64,000 nt of DNA from a virus. The translations under genes and the position numbers were made by a program. The stretch spans positions 32,001-96,000 of IMG/VR virus record IMGVR_UViG_3300021185_003522. One strand, 5' to 3'. Under the pieces are notes generated by a model that did not search any database, was not told where the DNA came from, and saw nothing but the letters and a program-made list of their open reading frames with translations. Shown piece after piece: positions 39,038-48,993 of the stretch (its first letter is position 1; each line of letters opens with the position of its first letter).

Positions 39038-41264
39038 TACTTATTCCAGTGACTTTTTGGCTGGCTATTCCAGACTGAACTGCACTATCAATTGAGTTTC
39101 TGATTGTAGTGTTTACCACACCGCCAGTGCCAGTTGAAAATCCTTGTACGGCATTGCTAAGTTTATCAGAGGCTAAATCAATTGCATATTGTCCACCTCT
39201 TACTACTGAATTCATATCTGCACTTGTAATCTTTGTGCTAAAAGATCCTGCTAGAGTCTGACCAATATCCTCTGCGCCTTGTGTCCACTTTTTCACTGCA
39301 TCCACACCAAATTTACTAGCACCACTTACCAATCCAGCCAACGAAGACTCATTCTCTAAACCAGTTACTATTCCTGCATTTTGTAATTTGCTAAGTCCTT
39401 TGTTAAAAAGATCTGTTTTTGTTATATCTTGTATAGACTCATTGTTTAAAAAATCACTTACGCCGTTAATACCTTGTGCTCCACTCCACACACTTGAACT
39501 GCTTAGAACAGTATTCAAATCAGCAGTTGAATCCTTAAGAAAAAATTCACTGGTACCTGGCTTTAAAAATCCAGCATCTTCAAGTTCAGGCGCACTAAAA
39601 CCAAATTTTCCAACGCCTAATGTATTAGATATTTCATTTGTTCCTTGTGTAACTAATTTACTTGATTGTGCTACCATACCTGTCACTTTTTCAGGTGGTA
39701 TCTTGCCAACTGAAGTGGTTGAATTTGATTGTGCTTCGTAGTCACCTGAGTTAATTTTCTTAATGTCTGTAGTCTCTGCCTTTGTTACTGCTTCTTGTGT
39801 TTTTTCATCAAGTGGTACATCAGTCGAACTAGTAGTTAAATTAGTTGTTGTATTAACTCCAGTGCCGCGTTCTGCAAACGGTTCATGTGTTGGTGCCCGT
39901 GTTACAATAGTTTCGATACTTGCTGGTTCTGGAACCCACCCTACGTTGTTTTCAAATTTTGTATCTGCTAAACGTTTCTTTGGAATTGTTTGAGCTTTTG
40001 GCACGTCACTAGCTGACCCACTGTTTAGTTTAATACAACCTGCTTCGAGTGTAAGGTTACTGCCAGCACCCCAACTGCCAGTCGTACTTTTAAGCATTAG
40101 AGATCCGTCACTTTTGAGTCCAATCATGCTTTTACTATATGCCAATAAACTGTTTGTGCCTATCAGTGAAAGGCTTGCACTTTCAAGGGTCATTGCCGCT
40201 TTGGAATTCATGTTAATAGTGCCGTTTTCAGCATTCATGTTTATACTTCTATCAGCATGCATATTAATCTCTCCAGCACTCCTTATGTTCAGACTGTTTG
40301 AAGCGTAAACATCTATTGTACCTTCTTTACCAAGTTCTACCCAACTTTGTCCATTAGCATGCATTATGTGTATTGTTGATTCTGCAACAGTATCGTTCAT
40401 CATAATTTGATGTCCAGAACTGGTTCTGATTCTCACTAGGTTGTCTTCGCCGGCTTGGTTACCGTCATCCATGACAACACTGTGCCCACCTTTACGCCCA
40501 ATTACTGTCGTTTCGTTTGCTTGTAAAGTACTACTAGCAAGTTTTGCCTGTAACTGTGCATCTGTAAGTCCGCCGGAGTATATAGGACGACCTGGTGTGC
40601 TGATGCCGAAGCAAGAGCTAGGTGATTCTCTTTGACTATTAGAACTTATTGGTCCTAAGAGAGGATCTGCTATTACCCCTTGCGAAAGTAGTTGTCCTGC
40701 AAGGACACTATGTACTGGTTTCGCTTCTTCAAAAAATCGAGGATTATCTGTTATAGCAGGATTAGCATTGTTAATTTCTACAACTGGTAACTTAGGTTTG
40801 CCTGTATAGTAGGGTGACCCTGAATCATCTACATATTTTTTACTACTACCAATAGCAGGAATCATGTGATTTATTCCTGGTTCAATTGGCATACCTATAT
40901 AGTAACCTTGACTAGGGTCACCATTTGCAAAGAAACAGATTACCTTAGTACCAACATCAGGTGGAGTACCCCAAAATCCATAACTTTGATTGTTACCAGT
41001 AAAGGTGCCAGGTCCAGTTTGGTTTGGTGCACTCTGTTGTGTGTAGCCGTAAAATGGAGTGATATAACTTACAGTGCGCCAAAGACTACTAACATTTTTG
41101 TCTGGACCTGCTAAATCTTCTATGAATACCTCAAGACGTCCAGCCCGTATTGGATCAATGTTATTCATTACTTCACCAATAAACGGTCCAGTTTCAGCTG
41201 GCATACCGCCTTTGTCTAATTTATAATTTCTTGGTTGTCCTGTGGTTCTTTGAATATTTTGCAT
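39033..41264 (-). CDS. Baseplate central spike, gp5/VgrG-like
   Basis: OB-fold DP..GRLEV...PDVGTKV.C.F..GD, then GH...MDD...RIRTSSGHQI and beta-helix repeats. Confidence 0.85.
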   Translation of the reverse strand: MQNIQRTTGQPRNYKLDKGGMPAETGPFIGEVMNNIDPIRAGRLEVFIEDLAGPDKNVSSLWRTVSYITPFYGYTQQSAPNQTGPGTFTGNNQSYGFWGTPPDVGTKVICFFANGDPSQGYYIGMPIEPGINHMIPAIGSSKKYVDDSGSPYYTGKPKLPVVEINNANPAITDNPRFFEEAKPVHSVLAGQLLSQGVIADPLLGPISSNSQRESPSSCFGISTPGRPIYSGGLTDAQLQAKLASSTLQANETTVIGRKGGHSVVMDDGNQAGEDNLVRIRTSSGHQIMMNDTVAESTIHIMHANGQSWVELGKEGTIDVYASNSLNIRSAGEINMHADRSINMNAENGTINMNSKAAMTLESASLSLIGTNSLLAYSKSMIGLKSDGSLMLKSTTGSWGAGSNLTLEAGCIKLNSGSASDVPKAQTIPKKRLADTKFENNVGWVPEPASIETIVTRAPTHEPFAERGTGVNTTTNLTTSSTDVPLDEKTQEAVTKAETTDIKKINSGDYEAQSNSTTSVGKIPPEKVTGMVAQSSKLVTQGTNEISNTLGVGKFGFSAPELEDAGFLKPGTSEFFLKDSTADLNTVLSSSSVWSGAQGINGVSDFLNNESIQDITKTDLFNKGLSKLQNAGIVTGLENESSLAGLVSGASKFGVDAVKKWTQGAEDIGQTLAGSFSTKITSADMNSVVRGGQYAIDLASDKLSNAVQGFSTGTGGVVNTTIRNSIDSAVQSGIASQKVTGIST

Positions 41265-41274
41265 CTATTCTCCT

Positions 41275-44200
41275 CTATCGAAAAGCTGATGAGTTTGTGC
41301 CGCCGCCTTGTCCACCAACTACTTTGGCTCCATTTGCTACTGCACGTCGAGACTTTTCGGCTCTTAATCTATTCCTTTTGGCTAACAATGATTCACTAAA
41401 TTTCAAATCCTTGCCTGCATCATCGCTTACTGTATTGCTACCTGGTTTTGGTACTACAGTAGGCAAATGGTTTGCTTTGTTAATTATAGGGTCTACATAG
41501 TTAGTACTATTGTTCTGCAAGGTTGCAATTCTTTTGTTCCGCATAATCGAATCATCGTAATTTTGCGGTGGCACAATTGCACTCTTTTTCGTATTACTTG
41601 TATTTGGTTTTGCGCCACTGCTCAACGGAACTCCTCCAGTAATCACATCTGGTCCTGGTCGCCTGTTGATTCCTTTATTATCTGGTGTTCCCCGCTTGTC
41701 TAAGAACTGTCCACTTCCTCTGCTTCCTACAGGAACATTGCTTTTTCTTACTGCTGATGGAGTTGTTTTTTTAATTGGTGGACTTGCGTGTCCAAATGCT
41801 TCTAAGCCAGGGTCTGAAATTTGATTCTTTTTCTCAGCAAGCTGCTTTGGTGAATTAACAGCGGCATCAAAGGTACGCACAGTACCTTCTAGCTTTTGTG
41901 TAAACTTTCCTTCTTTAAAGTAACTTGTTACTTCTAAACATGTGAACACAATAGCTTCTTGTGCTAGGTTCTTTTCACCGGTTATTCTACTAATCTCGAG
42001 GTTATTTTCAAACACTGGAGTAAGTCCTGTGGCTAGATCGTAATCAGTGACTCTGTTAAATCTTACTTCATAAAGTGTTTCACCAGAATTAGCATTGATA
42101 CTTCCATCTGGTTCAAATGCTCCAAGATTTGATGCATTATAAAAGAGTTCACTTTGTAGTATCCAGTCTGGATCACCAACAATTTCAATTAAACTTTTGG
42201 ACACATCTGCAGGATCGTACAACCGCGACGCAAGTTGTGCTGCTGGTCGTGTGCTTTGACCAGCTCCTCCTTGTGTACTAGTACCTACACCGCTTTGAAA
42301 AAACTTTTTCTCAACATATCTAGCATCTCCAGTGGTATCATTGTTCAATCCGTCATTACCAATCGAAGTAATATAATTTGAATTATTTTCAATTTCAAAA
42401 TTGATAACTTCAGTATTTTGTCCTGTAAACCAATATTCGTATAATTTGTGGGCGCCACGATACATTGCCTCTGGAAAGTATGGTGACCTTGGTGTGTTTA
42501 TTTGGTATCTGCTTATTCTGTAGGTGATACGGTAAGCTATGTCTTGACGTTTCTCGTCAAACTGTATAGGCTCTGAACGTTGTGTTATGCGATACCATTG
42601 CACAGTTTTCACTGGTGGATTTTGAATCTTTGCGCCAGTGATTTCGTCAAAAGCCACTGTTTGCTGAGCAGTAATATATGTGCTATTTTTCATTACTTGA
42701 TCAATCAGTTGAACAATTTGTGTACCTGCACTGATACTAAAACTTTTTGTTTCAACATCTAGTGCTTGTTTGTCCTGATTAAGTTTCTCGTTTGGATTGG
42801 TGGATTTCTGTAGAGGCGCACGTGCTTTATTTACTGTGCCTTGTTTTTTCATCTTGGCATCACTAAGACCTGCTACTTCTTCAACTTCAATAATATATTC
42901 ATCAGGTATACTATATGCACCAGCATCAACGAGTTGTTTCTGGTGCTGATTTAGAGCCTGGGCTAAACCAGCAGTTACAGTTCTTCCTGCAAGTCCTTGT
43001 ACCTTCTTACCTGCAGGCGGTGGTGTTCCGTTTGAAGCTGCAGTAGCTTCTTGCAACTGTGTATCACCGTTTAATAAAGTTTTAATATCTGGAGCATTCA
43101 GTTGAAAGTTAAAGGGTATACTGCCTCTCGCAGTTGAATAACCAATCTGTGTTTGTGGTACAACACCAGACACACTGTAAGTTACTGCTTTATCTGTAAG
43201 TTTATAAGTGATATCATTGAACTGAAACGGAATAAACTTCTCAACTAAAGCACGCGGATCGCTTGTGGTTTCTCCGTCATTAGCAGAGGCATTGCTAACA
43301 AGATTGCCAAATTCATCATATCCATAAAAACGTATAACCATTAGAAAGTTTTGTGCGTTAACTTGCGTTTCTTGTCCAGAATGAGCTTTTACTGCGGCAG
43401 TTAATCTTGGTAATAAAGTTATGCCTTGAGGCTCTATGATTTCAAATTTTAAGTCAACTACATTGTGCGGTCCGCCAGTGCCTTGTGAACCAATAACACT
43501 ATCAAGTTCTAAGTTTTCAATGTAAAAATCAAGATCAAAAAATTCATTGCGTTCACCAAATGGAGCTCCGCCGCTTTGCATAATTAGTTGATTGGTTGGC
43601 AAGACCTTTTGATCAGATGCTATGAGACTTTTATATTCGTCAATATTCATTAAATAGATTGACAAACTATAGGTTTGACTTGCTAGACCGCCTAATCGAT
43701 TAGGCGTAGCAATAATCGGTTTACTAAACTCGTCAGCAACAGAAACACGTCCTTCAACATCTTGGCTTGCAGTTCCTTTACTATTTGAAGCTGATATGCC
43801 GCTTTGATCGTCGTCTGCAGAAACTATAGTTGATGCATTCGCTGCACTATTGATAGACTGATTTTTCCTAACAGGCACAGCTCCGCCGACTGTAGACTGT
43901 ACACCACTGCCTTTATTATTTCCGACAGATTCAGAACTACGTAATGTTGTTGTTATAGCATTAGTTGGCTTATCACGACTAACAACTACAGGAACTACTT
44001 CGCCGTTTTCAAAAATTTCATTGCCTTGTACCGGAGATTGTGTTCGTGAAAATTCATTTGCAGATATTTGAGCAATTGCTACTTCTGAACCAGTGGAGAT
44101 TTTGCCAACGTTTTCTGCGACACTTTGACTATTTAGACTAGCATAGGCTTGTGTTTGTATAGTTTTTAAATTCCCTGCCATTACAGTAGTTTCTGTAATA

Positions 44201-44454
44201 TTCGACGTAAGTTTAACTTTTGTACTTACATACCCAGGTTTGTTTTTAAAACCTTCGTTCTGCCCATTTAAATTTTGTAAAATACTTCGTGTGGAAGTTA
44301 CTCTGTTGTTTAAACTATCCCAGGTGTTGTTTATCTGATTCCAGTTAGCACCATTTGCTACTGAACTTCCAAGGTCACGAACTAATGGTTTAAGTTTGTT
44401 TATTTCAAGTTGTTGACTTAGTCTTGCTGTATTAAGTAGCTCTGGTGAAGACAT
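41275..44454 (-). CDS. Baseplate hub protein (gp27-like position)
   Basis: 1059 aa between gp53-like and gp5-like genes; FEIIEP.G, Y.Y.FTGQN.EV..F, IVGDP.W, V.S.F.EGKFTQ.L. Confidence 0.65.
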   Translation of the reverse strand: MSSPELLNTARLSQQLEINKLKPLVRDLGSSVANGANWNQINNTWDSLNNRVTSTRSILQNLNGQNEGFKNKPGYVSTKVKLTSNITETTVMAGNLKTIQTQAYASLNSQSVAENVGKISTGSEVAIAQISANEFSRTQSPVQGNEIFENGEVVPVVVSRDKPTNAITTTLRSSESVGNNKGSGVQSTVGGAVPVRKNQSINSAANASTIVSADDDQSGISASNSKGTASQDVEGRVSVADEFSKPIIATPNRLGGLASQTYSLSIYLMNIDEYKSLIASDQKVLPTNQLIMQSGGAPFGERNEFFDLDFYIENLELDSVIGSQGTGGPHNVVDLKFEIIEPQGITLLPRLTAAVKAHSGQETQVNAQNFLMVIRFYGYDEFGNLVSNASANDGETTSDPRALVEKFIPFQFNDITYKLTDKAVTYSVSGVVPQTQIGYSTARGSIPFNFQLNAPDIKTLLNGDTQLQEATAASNGTPPPAGKKVQGLAGRTVTAGLAQALNQHQKQLVDAGAYSIPDEYIIEVEEVAGLSDAKMKKQGTVNKARAPLQKSTNPNEKLNQDKQALDVETKSFSISAGTQIVQLIDQVMKNSTYITAQQTVAFDEITGAKIQNPPVKTVQWYRITQRSEPIQFDEKRQDIAYRITYRISRYQINTPRSPYFPEAMYRGAHKLYEYWFTGQNTEVINFEIENNSNYITSIGNDGLNNDTTGDARYVEKKFFQSGVGTSTQGGAGQSTRPAAQLASRLYDPADVSKSLIEIVGDPDWILQSELFYNASNLGAFEPDGSINANSGETLYEVRFNRVTDYDLATGLTPVFENNLEISRITGEKNLAQEAIVFTCLEVTSYFKEGKFTQKLEGTVRTFDAAVNSPKQLAEKKNQISDPGLEAFGHASPPIKKTTPSAVRKSNVPVGSRGSGQFLDKRGTPDNKGINRRPGPDVITGGVPLSSGAKPNTSNTKKSAIVPPQNYDDSIMRNKRIATLQNNSTNYVDPIINKANHLPTVVPKPGSNTVSDDAGKDLKFSESLLAKRNRLRAEKSRRAVANGAKVVGGQGGGTNSSAFR

Positions 44455-44455
44455 A

Positions 44456-44758
44456 TTAGATACCTAAGACTGTTTTCAATGTTGGTAGCTGCGGCAGATA
44501 GATTGTTGTTCCTGTTTGAAAATCAAACAGAGGATCCTGAAGTTGATTTGGATTACGTTGTGCAAACACCCACCAAAGATTTGGATCTTCATATAGGTCA
44601 AATGCCAATAGGTCTGGACGTAAGTGATAAGTTTCATTAATCGTCATTGACAGATCATCAATTAGTTTAGGAATTGGCCTGTCAACCATAACACCAAGAT
44701 ACTGCGAATTTATAACCGGCGTATCAAATAGAAAACTTGACGGAGTATACATTACCAC
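44456..44758 (-). CDS. Baseplate wedge gp53-like (LysM-like) protein
   Basis: RPDLLAFDLY....LWWVFAQRN. Confidence 0.8.
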   Translation of the reverse strand: MVMYTPSSFLFDTPVINSQYLGVMVDRPIPKLIDDLSMTINETYHLRPDLLAFDLYEDPNLWWVFAQRNPNQLQDPLFDFQTGTTIYLPQLPTLKTVLGI

Positions 44759-46968
44759 ATTCCTTTCTTAATTAAGCTACCATTAGCGTAGTCTTTAAGA
44801 CTAAACTGTTGACTAGCTTGTTGTCTGCTGATTACTGGTAACATATTAATAGTCATTGCCATCTTCGTCGGCACATAGGTTGCACCTTTTGATCCTAACT
44901 TACCAGGTGTAATCTTTGTTGGTTTTGCTCCAGGAGCTAGAGTTGGCCCTGGTCCGCCACTTACCGCATTTGTTACTGCGGTTTGCAATCTATTTAATGC
45001 ACTAAAGTTTCCATTGGATACTGTTGATGCTAAGGGTTTTGTAAATTGCAATTGGTCGTCTCTGTTGATATGTCTACTTCTTGCACGTATATAGTTTACA
45101 TCATTGGGTAGGTTGTAGTTAAATTCTGTTACAACACAAGGCGCCTCGTTAAATTGATATTCACCTAATCCAGTAAGATATAACAATGGTGGAGGCGACC
45201 CTCTTTCTGCATCTTGCCCATAAAACATTTTACTTGCACTTTTTAAAAAATGTATAACTGCTAGTAGATATTCTGCTTCAATTGTGTCTTGAGCGGTGAA
45301 TTCTGCTTGTAGTTGCACAGTCTGTACACTTGAATTTTTATAAAAATAATGTTGATAGTTACTGTGTGTTGGCGAATAATTTTGGTATTCAGCTCTGTAT
45401 TGTACATCAATAGTTGGCGTATATGGAAATATTATTCCGTCAGTCACTGCCAGAGGTGCTAGTATACCCGGCTCAGGTGCTTTGTATAGATACGTAGCCT
45501 GCGGAGCTAATCGGAGCTTAACACGCCAATCACCATCTGCATTTTTAACACCTGATGCTTCACGCATCTCACTAACAGTTTGTTGTTGTTGTGCCTTTTG
45601 TTTCAGTGCTTGTGCTTGTATAGCCGCTTGTTGTGCTTCGGTTATTGCCGCTTGTTCTACTCCGTCAATGCCATCACCTTCTGCGCCGTCGCCAATGTCG
45701 GCAACTGGATCGTCTCCAACTAGACTTTCACCATCATTGTCTATACGATCTTCTGGTGCTAGTATTGGATCGCCAAATTCATCAAACTGAGCTGCTTCAG
45801 GATCTCCAAAGTCATCAACTCCAAAAGGGTTAACATCTGCAGGTGCTGTAAGTGGATCTCCAAATTCATCAAATTGTGCCGCTTCTGGATCACCAAAATC
45901 ATCTACGCCAAATGTGTTTACTTGATTTGGAGTTGCAAAGTCACTAAAGTCCTGTTCATCTGCAATACCAAAGTCATTGTCACTATATTCATCAAAACTA
46001 TCAACTTGTGGTTGTGGTTCTACTACATCACCAAAGGCATCAAACTGTTGGTACTCTTGTACGTTAGCAGGAGGAGGTGGTGTTGGCCCTGGGCCAAATG
46101 CATCTAAGCCAGGATCTTCTGTACCAAAGTTGTTGTTACTGTATGCACTGAAATCGTCTACCTGTGCTGGTGCTGGTATATCACCAAAATCATCTACTGG
46201 TGTGACCGGAGGAGAATATTCACTAAAATTATCTACTTGTGTGATATTTCGACTAGGTCCACTAAAGTCATCTACTTGTGTAACTGGATATCCACTAAAA
46301 TCGTCAACTGGTGCATCAAAACTTTCAACTGGTCTTGCTGGCGGTGCTGCCGGAAATGGATCTGGTTGCTCTGCTGGTGCTCTGCCTCTATCATCTAAAA
46401 ATTCGCCACTGCCTCTACTTCCTACAGGTACGGTAGCTTGTTCAACACCAGGACGTCTTGTACTAGGTGGAATTGGTGTAACTTCTGTGTAACTGTCACC
46501 ATAAGCATCAGTAAAATCTACATCATCATCTTGTGGTTGAACAACTGGTGTTGGTATTGGAGTTGCCTGTCGATAATCCTCACCATATGCGTCTGTAAAA
46601 TCAACATCTGAATCTTGTGCTTGCACTGGTCTTGCTGGTGGCGGTGCTGGAAAAGGATTTGGTGCTGGTGCTGGATCACTTCCTCCATTTCCGAATGCTT
46701 GACTTGCTATAGTACCACCACCTTGAAATGCAGTTCCTGAACCAGGAGTGTTACGTGGTGTATCAGTTGATTGTGTGTTTTCTGATGCTCTACTAGTTAC
46801 TGTACCAAAAGCGGCATTCTTGGCTGGAGTTGCAGTGGTGTTAATCACATAGTTTGGTACATCTTCAGCAGGTATACCTGCTAGTGCGGCCAACTTATTA
46901 AGATCAGCACCAGGAAACTGTCTCTGATATGCTGACATCAAGGCGGCATCTTTAATGTTATAACCCAT
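44752..46968 (-). CDS. Tail tube initiator (gp48/gp54-like) with long acidic Pro-rich N-terminal extension
   Basis: C-terminal FPYTP...HSNY...FTAQ...PPP...GEYQF...PCV...P.DV.Y...VPT; start at ATG 46968 after an AGGAG RBS. Confidence 0.65.
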   Translation of the reverse strand: MGYNIKDAALMSAYQRQFPGADLNKLAALAGIPAEDVPNYVINTTATPAKNAAFGTVTSRASENTQSTDTPRNTPGSGTAFQGGGTIASQAFGNGGSDPAPAPNPFPAPPPARPVQAQDSDVDFTDAYGEDYRQATPIPTPVVQPQDDDVDFTDAYGDSYTEVTPIPPSTRRPGVEQATVPVGSRGSGEFLDDRGRAPAEQPDPFPAAPPARPVESFDAPVDDFSGYPVTQVDDFSGPSRNITQVDNFSEYSPPVTPVDDFGDIPAPAQVDDFSAYSNNNFGTEDPGLDAFGPGPTPPPPANVQEYQQFDAFGDVVEPQPQVDSFDEYSDNDFGIADEQDFSDFATPNQVNTFGVDDFGDPEAAQFDEFGDPLTAPADVNPFGVDDFGDPEAAQFDEFGDPILAPEDRIDNDGESLVGDDPVADIGDGAEGDGIDGVEQAAITEAQQAAIQAQALKQKAQQQQTVSEMREASGVKNADGDWRVKLRLAPQATYLYKAPEPGILAPLAVTDGIIFPYTPTIDVQYRAEYQNYSPTHSNYQHYFYKNSSVQTVQLQAEFTAQDTIEAEYLLAVIHFLKSASKMFYGQDAERGSPPPLLYLTGLGEYQFNEAPCVVTEFNYNLPNDVNYIRARSRHINRDDQLQFTKPLASTVSNGNFSALNRLQTAVTNAVSGGPGPTLAPGAKPTKITPGKLGSKGATYVPTKMAMTINMLPVISRQQASQQFSLKDYANGSLIKKGMW
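45770..46620 (-). repeat. Intragenic acidic peptide repeats
   Basis: DVDFTDAYG x2, several (P/Q)VD(D/N/S)F(S/G/D) units, FGVDDFGDPEAAQFDEFGDP x2, PFPA.PPARPV x2. Confidence 0.85.
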
Positions 46969-46985
46969 CTTTTCTCCTACAGTCT

Positions 46986-46993
46986 TATTTATG
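46986..46993 (-). promoter_or_regulatory. Late promoter CATAAATA heading the tail module
   Basis: In the divergent intergenic region, upstream of the RBS. Confidence 0.65.
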
Positions 46994-47019
46994 CTTACCA
47001 AAAACTGCGTAGTTAATGA

Positions 47020-47048
47020 TTGACTTTTGATAAGTAATGTTGTATAAT
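47020..47048 (+). promoter_or_regulatory. Sigma70-type early promoter for gp55
   Basis: TTGACT-N17-TATAAT, then an AAGGAG RBS. Confidence 0.8.
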
Positions 47049-47078
47049 ACATAATGTATTAAGGCAAAGGAGAATCGT

Positions 47079-47969
47079 ATGCCACCGGTGAAAGCACCTA
47101 GAAAAGTAAACTATCTAAACAACAGAGATATACTCAAGGAAATACACAAAAGCAAGAGTACTTACTGTTCTTATTTAGAAAGAGAATATGCACAGTTTGA
47201 TATTATTTTGCCAAGCGTAGATAAAATTAACCAGCGTAGTGTTGCAGAAGCAAGACGAAACAAAGCAGATAGAATCAAAAGAGAAACTGGCGAGATAGTT
47301 GATCCTGTTAAACTAAACAATCAAGAACTGGTATTCCGTATTATTTGTTGGGATCATATTCCAATGGTACCAAAGAAACTTACCAAAGCACAAGAAAAGA
47401 AAAAGTCCAAACTAGAAGAACTGCTAGAGATGGATGATGTTGACGTTGAAGATGATGGATTGCAAGAACTGATGAGTGATGTTGAACAGGATCTCAACTA
47501 TGTAAAACTTAACTTTCCTCCATTCTGGCACTATATGATTGATGAAGATAAAGTTCCTTATGTTGTTGGTAAATCGCATTGGATTGGTGGCATGGAAAAC
47601 GGATACTTTTCCAAAGAACATGGCAAGATGACTGACAAACTTGCACACATGTTTATTAAACTGTGTGAACGTTATGCTACACGTAGTAACTGGCGTGGTT
47701 ATACATACAACGAAGAGATGCGTGGACAAGCATTGCTACAACTGAGCCAAATTGGACTACAGTTTGACGAAAGCAAGAGTCAAAATCCATTTGCATACTA
47801 CACTGCTGCTATCACTAATAGTTTTACAAGAGTATTGAACATTGAGAAAAAGAATCAAAACATACGTGATGATATACTTGAACAAAACGGATTGAATCCA
47901 AGTTGGACAAGACAGTTTAATAACTCACCAGAAGCAAAAGTATTACAACCAGACGTCGCTAAAAAATAG
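47079..47969 (+). CDS. Late-transcription sigma factor, T4 gp55-like
   Basis: NYLNN.D.L, NWRGYTY.EEM, FDESKS.NPFAYYT...F.R.LN.EK; directly upstream of gp47 as in T4-like phages. Confidence 0.88.
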   Translation: MPPVKAPRKVNYLNNRDILKEIHKSKSTYCSYLEREYAQFDIILPSVDKINQRSVAEARRNKADRIKRETGEIVDPVKLNNQELVFRIICWDHIPMVPKKLTKAQEKKKSKLEELLEMDDVDVEDDGLQELMSDVEQDLNYVKLNFPPFWHYMIDEDKVPYVVGKSHWIGGMENGYFSKEHGKMTDKLAHMFIKLCERYATRSNWRGYTYNEEMRGQALLQLSQIGLQFDESKSQNPFAYYTAAITNSFTRVLNIEKKNQNIRDDILEQNGLNPSWTRQFNNSPEAKVLQPDVAKK

Positions 47970-47979
47970 GAATACACAC

Positions 47980-48993
47980 ATGGGTTTGTTTAAGAAAGCT
48001 CTAGTGTTCACAGACATCCACTTTGGCATGAAAAGCAATAGCATCATGCACAATCAAGACTGTGAAAACTTTGTAGAGTGGGCAGTACAACAGGGCAAGA
48101 TACACAACTGTGAAACTGCTATATTCATGGGTGACTGGCATCATCATAGAGCAAGTTTAAGTTTGCAAACTATGAGTCACAGTTTACGTGCATTAGAAAA
48201 CCTTTCACGTAGTTTTGATATTACATATTTTATAACTGGCAATCATGACTTGTACTACAGAGACAAACGTGACATATACAGTTTTGAATGGGCAAAGCAT
48301 ATACCAAATCTAAAGATATGCAATGACTGGTTTCAACAAGATGATGTTATACTATGCCCTTGGCTAGTAGGTGACGATCACAAGAAGATTAAAACTGCAA
48401 GTGCCCAGTACATGTTTGGCCACTTTGAACTTCCGCATTTTAAAATGAATGCAATGGTTGAGATGCCTGATCACGGTGAGATCAAATCAGAACACTTCCA
48501 ACAGTATGGCACAGTGTTTAGTGGACACTTTCATTTGCGTCAACAGAAAAACAACATCAACTACATTGGCAATGCATTTCCGCACAACTTTTCAGATGCA
48601 GGCGATGATCAACGTGGTTGTATGATACTTGAATGGGGCAAAGAGCCAGAGTACATTGCTTGGCCAGATCAACCGTTGTACAAAGTGTTGGACCTTTCGC
48701 AGGTAATTGACTATGCAGACACAATACTTAAACCAAACATGCATGTTAGAGTAAACTTGGACATAGAAATATCCTACGAAGAGGCAAACTACATCAAAGA
48801 ACAGTTTGCAACCAAATACAAACTGCGTGAGATGGCACTTATACCTAACAAACGCAGTGCATTAGAAGAAGAAATGCAACCAGGCGATATCAAATTTGAA
48901 AGTGTTGATCAAATTGTTACAGAACAAATCATAAACATTGATTCCGAATTCTATGACAACAAACTGTTGTTGGAAATTTACCGGAGTTTATAA
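47980..48993 (+). CDS. Recombination endonuclease subunit, gp47/Mre11-like
   Basis: DIHFG, GD, GNHD, GHFE and SGHFH metallophosphoesterase motifs. Confidence 0.93.
   Translation: MGLFKKALVFTDIHFGMKSNSIMHNQDCENFVEWAVQQGKIHNCETAIFMGDWHHHRASLSLQTMSHSLRALENLSRSFDITYFITGNHDLYYRDKRDIYSFEWAKHIPNLKICNDWFQQDDVILCPWLVGDDHKKIKTASAQYMFGHFELPHFKMNAMVEMPDHGEIKSEHFQQYGTVFSGHFHLRQQKNNINYIGNAFPHNFSDAGDDQRGCMILEWGKEPEYIAWPDQPLYKVLDLSQVIDYADTILKPNMHVRVNLDIEISYEEANYIKEQFATKYKLREMALIPNKRSALEEEMQPGDIKFESVDQIVTEQIINIDSEFYDNKLLLEIYRSL

Noticed and set aside
22310-46492. Numerous short plus-strand ORFs over the tail module
   Set aside because: Antisense shadows of long minus-strand genes; no RBS or motifs
45770-46620. 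CRISPR-like repeat array
   Set aside because: Repeats are in-frame, degenerate at third codon positions and inside a CDS; no constant repeat-spacer period and no cas genes
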